From: a virus
Direction: 5' to 3' (one strand)
Length of the DNA stretch: 64,000 nucleotides
Virus record (IMG/VR): IMGVR_UViG_3300027969_002800
Coordinates: 52,994-116,993 of that record
The position numbers and the translations under genes are program-made. The notes under the pieces are model-generated. The model was given only the letters and a program-made list of their open reading frames with translations, had not been told where the DNA came from and made no database searches. Position 1 is the stretch's first letter. Each line of letters starts with the position of its first letter. Shown one piece after another: positions 60,894 through 64,000 of the stretch.

Positions 60894-60899
60894 TAATAT

Positions 60900-63800
60900 A
60901 TGTCTTACCCACCTACTCCACAAAGAAAAGCTTGCAACTGTAGTGATCCTTGTATCTCTACAGATGATGTTTACTACGCTGGTCCCAATCTTCCAAACTC
61001 AGGAATCAATACTTATAATGTATTAACAGAAGTTATAGAGAAGCTAGATGCTATCTATGCTGTTCCTACATTACAGAAAGTAACAGAGGTGGGTAATTAT
61101 ACCACTCTACCAATAATTGCAGATTCATTTGTAAAGATTGGTGGAGATGGTACTAATATTTTATTGGATGATGGTACAGTGTTACCTATAGGAGATTTAC
61201 CTTCACCTACAACACCTGGATTACAAGAAGTATTAACTGTTGGCAATACTGACAACATAGGTAATTCAATGTTATTTATTGACCCTTCGGATACTAATAA
61301 TCTTTCAGGGATTAATTATGGGGGTCATTTTGTCGTTGGTAATGAATTAAATAATTCTTTAAGTAGTACATCTATGTTAAATACTGGAATTAGATTCTAT
61401 AATAGTGATATAGGTTCTGATACATTACATTTTAATGCTAATTTAACTACTGATGATAAATCAAATTGGGGATATACTAATAATTATTTTATACCTAAAA
61501 AACCTGAAGGAACTTATACACTAGCTACATTAGATGATATACCAGCACCTTTAGGATATACACCAGTTAATAAAGCTGGTGATACAATGCTTGGAGATTT
61601 AATACTAAATGAAGATCCATCAACTGCATTAGGTGCTGCAACAAAGCAGTACGTGGATAATATAGCAGCAGGGATTAACTTCCATGCTCCTGTAACAGTG
61701 GCCACAGATGTATCATTAGTTGCCACATATAATAACGGTGTAGATGGTCTAGGGGCAACGTTAACAGGAACATCTGTTGGTGTATTAATGATAGATGGAG
61801 AAACTCCTGCATACTTACAAAGAATATTAGTTTGGCAACAAATAAATGCTATTGAGAATGGTATATATGATTTAACTACAGTAGGAGATGGGACAACAAT
61901 ATATCAGTTAACAAGATCAACAGATGCTGACAATTCTCCTGTAGGTGAAATACAGTATGGAGATTACGTTCTTGTATTATCAGGAGATACTAACGGAGGA
62001 TTTGGATTTATATGTAACACACCAGGAACAATAGATATTGGAATAACACCAATTAACTATGTTCAATTTAATGCTGCTCAAGCTGTAACAGCTGGTTATG
62101 GATTACAAGAGCTAACTCCTAATGTAATATCTATAAACCCATTAGAGACACAGGAGAAGATAACCCTTACAACAACAGGTACTGGAGCTGCTACATTAGA
62201 TGATCTTACTAATACACTTAATATACCTACAATAGGAGTTGTTTCAGCTACAGAAACTGGTGTAGTAAATAATACTTCCTTACAAGAACTTGGAGGAGTT
62301 GATAAAACAATTAATGGTGTAAGAGTTGGTAGAGGGAATATTTCTGACCCTGCTTCTGAAAATACCGCAGTAGGTTATCAGGCTTTACAATCAGTTATTC
62401 ATACTACAGGAGATGAAGGATATTATAACACTGCATTTGGTGATGAAGCATTAAAATCATTAACTACTGGTAATTCAAGTAGTGCATTTGGAGATTGGGC
62501 ATTAAGACTTTGTACAACAGGGTCATATAATACAGGAATTGGAGGTGGAGCTTTAATGGGTCTAACTACTGGCTCATACAATCTAGCAGTAGGTGAGAAT
62601 AGCCTTCTTTCTAATGTATCTGGACAAAGGAATACTGCAGTGGGTTCTTTTGCATTAAATTTAAATACAGGTTCTTATAATACTGCAATTGGTATGTTAG
62701 CAGGAGGATTATCAACTTCTTCAGGTAATTGGAATATACTTGTAGGAATGCAAGCTGGTAGAGATATAAGCACAGGAGGCAACAATTTATTAATTGAAAA
62801 CATAACTAATGCCTCTATAACTTCAGGTAGTTTTAATATTGTGTTAAACCCTAAACAAAAATCTGGTGTAACCACAGGATCTTTTAATACGATTATAGGA
62901 TGCTGGGATGGGGCATTTCCAAATGCAATGGCAAATAATGTTATAATAGGAGATGGTCAAGGTAACATTAGGTTTAGAACAACAGAGACAGGATTAACAA
63001 CAGTTCCTGGTCAAACAAATGCTTTAATAGATGGAGACACCACTGGTAAAGCTGTGGTGACTAAGGAGTATTTAAGTACTACTAACTACTGGACTAAGAC
63101 AGGGAATGATATTTACAATAATAACACTGGAAATATAATAATTGGAGCAACTACAGCCCCAAATCCATCACTTATAGGAAAATTAAATATAGTAGGTAAT
63201 ATTTATACAACTGGAAAAGTATGGTCTGCAGATGCTCAAGGTTTCAGATTTAATGATGGGGCATCAGGAATGTATTATAGAGCCACTCAAGGTTTAGAAT
63301 TTGTAGTTTATGGTGATGGAACTAGTGCACTAGGACACTATAATTTTACACCTGTATATCCACTTGGAGGTAATCCAAATTATGTAAGTGGTACAACAAG
63401 ATGTATAAATACTAGTGGAACATACGCTGCAATTTCTGGAAGTGTATCATCAAGAATAATAAATATAGAACCTACTATTAACCAAACTGGAACAGCAAAT
63501 GGAATAATAAGAGGTCTTTATATAAATCCAACACTAACCTCTGCTTATGATTTTAGAGCAATAGAAGTAACTGCTGGAAAGGTGATTGTACCAACTGCAA
63601 TTAATAGTAATGAGGCTGTAAATAAAGGACAAGTAGATAACAGACTCGTAGTTGAAACAGCAGTACCATATACACTAACAGATACAGATAGTGGAGGAAT
63701 AGTTATATTCACAGCATCTACAACACTAACAATACCAACAGGACTTGCTGCTGGGTTTGAATGTACATTTGTAACATTAGCTGGTGTAACACTAACTGTA

Positions 63801-63917
63801 TCTGCTGGATCAAATGTATTAAATAATGCTACTGGTACTTTATTGGCACCACAACTAAGTTTTACATTAAAGAGAATGATAGCTGCAAACACATTCATAG
63901 CAACAGGAAACCTATAA
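60900..63917 (+). CDS. Mosaic tail fibre/adhesin
   Basis: LQ.VT..GN repeats, VNKAGDTM.GDL, AATKQYVD, tandem NTA.G..AL beta-roll repeats. Confidence 0.82.
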   Translation: MSYPPTPQRKACNCSDPCISTDDVYYAGPNLPNSGINTYNVLTEVIEKLDAIYAVPTLQKVTEVGNYTTLPIIADSFVKIGGDGTNILLDDGTVLPIGDLPSPTTPGLQEVLTVGNTDNIGNSMLFIDPSDTNNLSGINYGGHFVVGNELNNSLSSTSMLNTGIRFYNSDIGSDTLHFNANLTTDDKSNWGYTNNYFIPKKPEGTYTLATLDDIPAPLGYTPVNKAGDTMLGDLILNEDPSTALGAATKQYVDNIAAGINFHAPVTVATDVSLVATYNNGVDGLGATLTGTSVGVLMIDGETPAYLQRILVWQQINAIENGIYDLTTVGDGTTIYQLTRSTDADNSPVGEIQYGDYVLVLSGDTNGGFGFICNTPGTIDIGITPINYVQFNAAQAVTAGYGLQELTPNVISINPLETQEKITLTTTGTGAATLDDLTNTLNIPTIGVVSATETGVVNNTSLQELGGVDKTINGVRVGRGNISDPASENTAVGYQALQSVIHTTGDEGYYNTAFGDEALKSLTTGNSSSAFGDWALRLCTTGSYNTGIGGGALMGLTTGSYNLAVGENSLLSNVSGQRNTAVGSFALNLNTGSYNTAIGMLAGGLSTSSGNWNILVGMQAGRDISTGGNNLLIENITNASITSGSFNIVLNPKQKSGVTTGSFNTIIGCWDGAFPNAMANNVIIGDGQGNIRFRTTETGLTTVPGQTNALIDGDTTGKAVVTKEYLSTTNYWTKTGNDIYNNNTGNIIIGATTAPNPSLIGKLNIVGNIYTTGKVWSADAQGFRFNDGASGMYYRATQGLEFVVYGDGTSALGHYNFTPVYPLGGNPNYVSGTTRCINTSGTYAAISGSVSSRIINIEPTINQTGTANGIIRGLYINPTLTSAYDFRAIEVTAGKVIVPTAINSNEAVNKGQVDNRLVVETAVPYTLTDTDSGGIVIFTASTTLTIPTGLAAGFECTFVTLAGVTLTVSAGSNVLNNATGTLLAPQLSFTLKRMIAANTFIATGNL

Positions 63918-64000
63918 TTATGAATAACTTAGCATTCCAAATATACGGAACAAAAAAAGCAGCTCCCTTTCAATCTGTCTGGAAGACAGATACTGCTGTT

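Noticed and set aside
300-63898. Many short opposite-strand ORFs in the track (e.g. 300..515, 35342..35674, 48382..48762, 63545..63898)
   Set aside because: Antisense shadows of clear genes, with no motifs or start signals
60900-63917. Diversity-generating retroelement target
   Set aside because: No reverse transcriptase and no template/variable repeat pair seen in this window
1-64000. Stop-codon reassignment as in some crAss-like phages
   Set aside because: Long genes (TerL, portal, MCP, PolB, fibre) are intact in the standard code, and no suppressor tRNA is seen

Overview
AT-rich genome segment of a crAss-like (Crassvirales-type) phage, probably infecting a Bacteroidota host, judged from TAnnTTTG promoters, PolB/primase/DnaB, and a terminase-portal-MCP block in crAss gene order. 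It uses the standard genetic code. Layout: 1-5.5 kb (+) small late/virion genes; 5.6-45.6 kb (-) metabolism, recombination, replication and early genes; 45.9-64 kb (+) packaging, head and tail genes. Main findings: (1) a candidate virion protein O-glycosylation system, with an HPAT/SGT1-like peptidyl glycosyltransferase, two more glycosyltransferases and three proteins ending in mucin-like Thr tails; (2) an LCIB-type beta carbonic anhydrase fused to the same N-terminal module as one of the Thr-tailed proteins; (3) an ncRNA cluster at 40.7-42.3 kb containing a tmRNA with a 37-aa tag, an abutting 49-nt anticodon-less mini-tRNA, a tRNA-like RNA with pseudoknot potential and unexplained structured RNA; (4) a group I intron with an endonuclease ORF splitting the uracil-DNA glycosylase gene; (5) an RHH + homing endonuclease cassette that appears to have replaced the N-terminus of its target gene. 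All family calls come from motifs read by eye, not from database searches.
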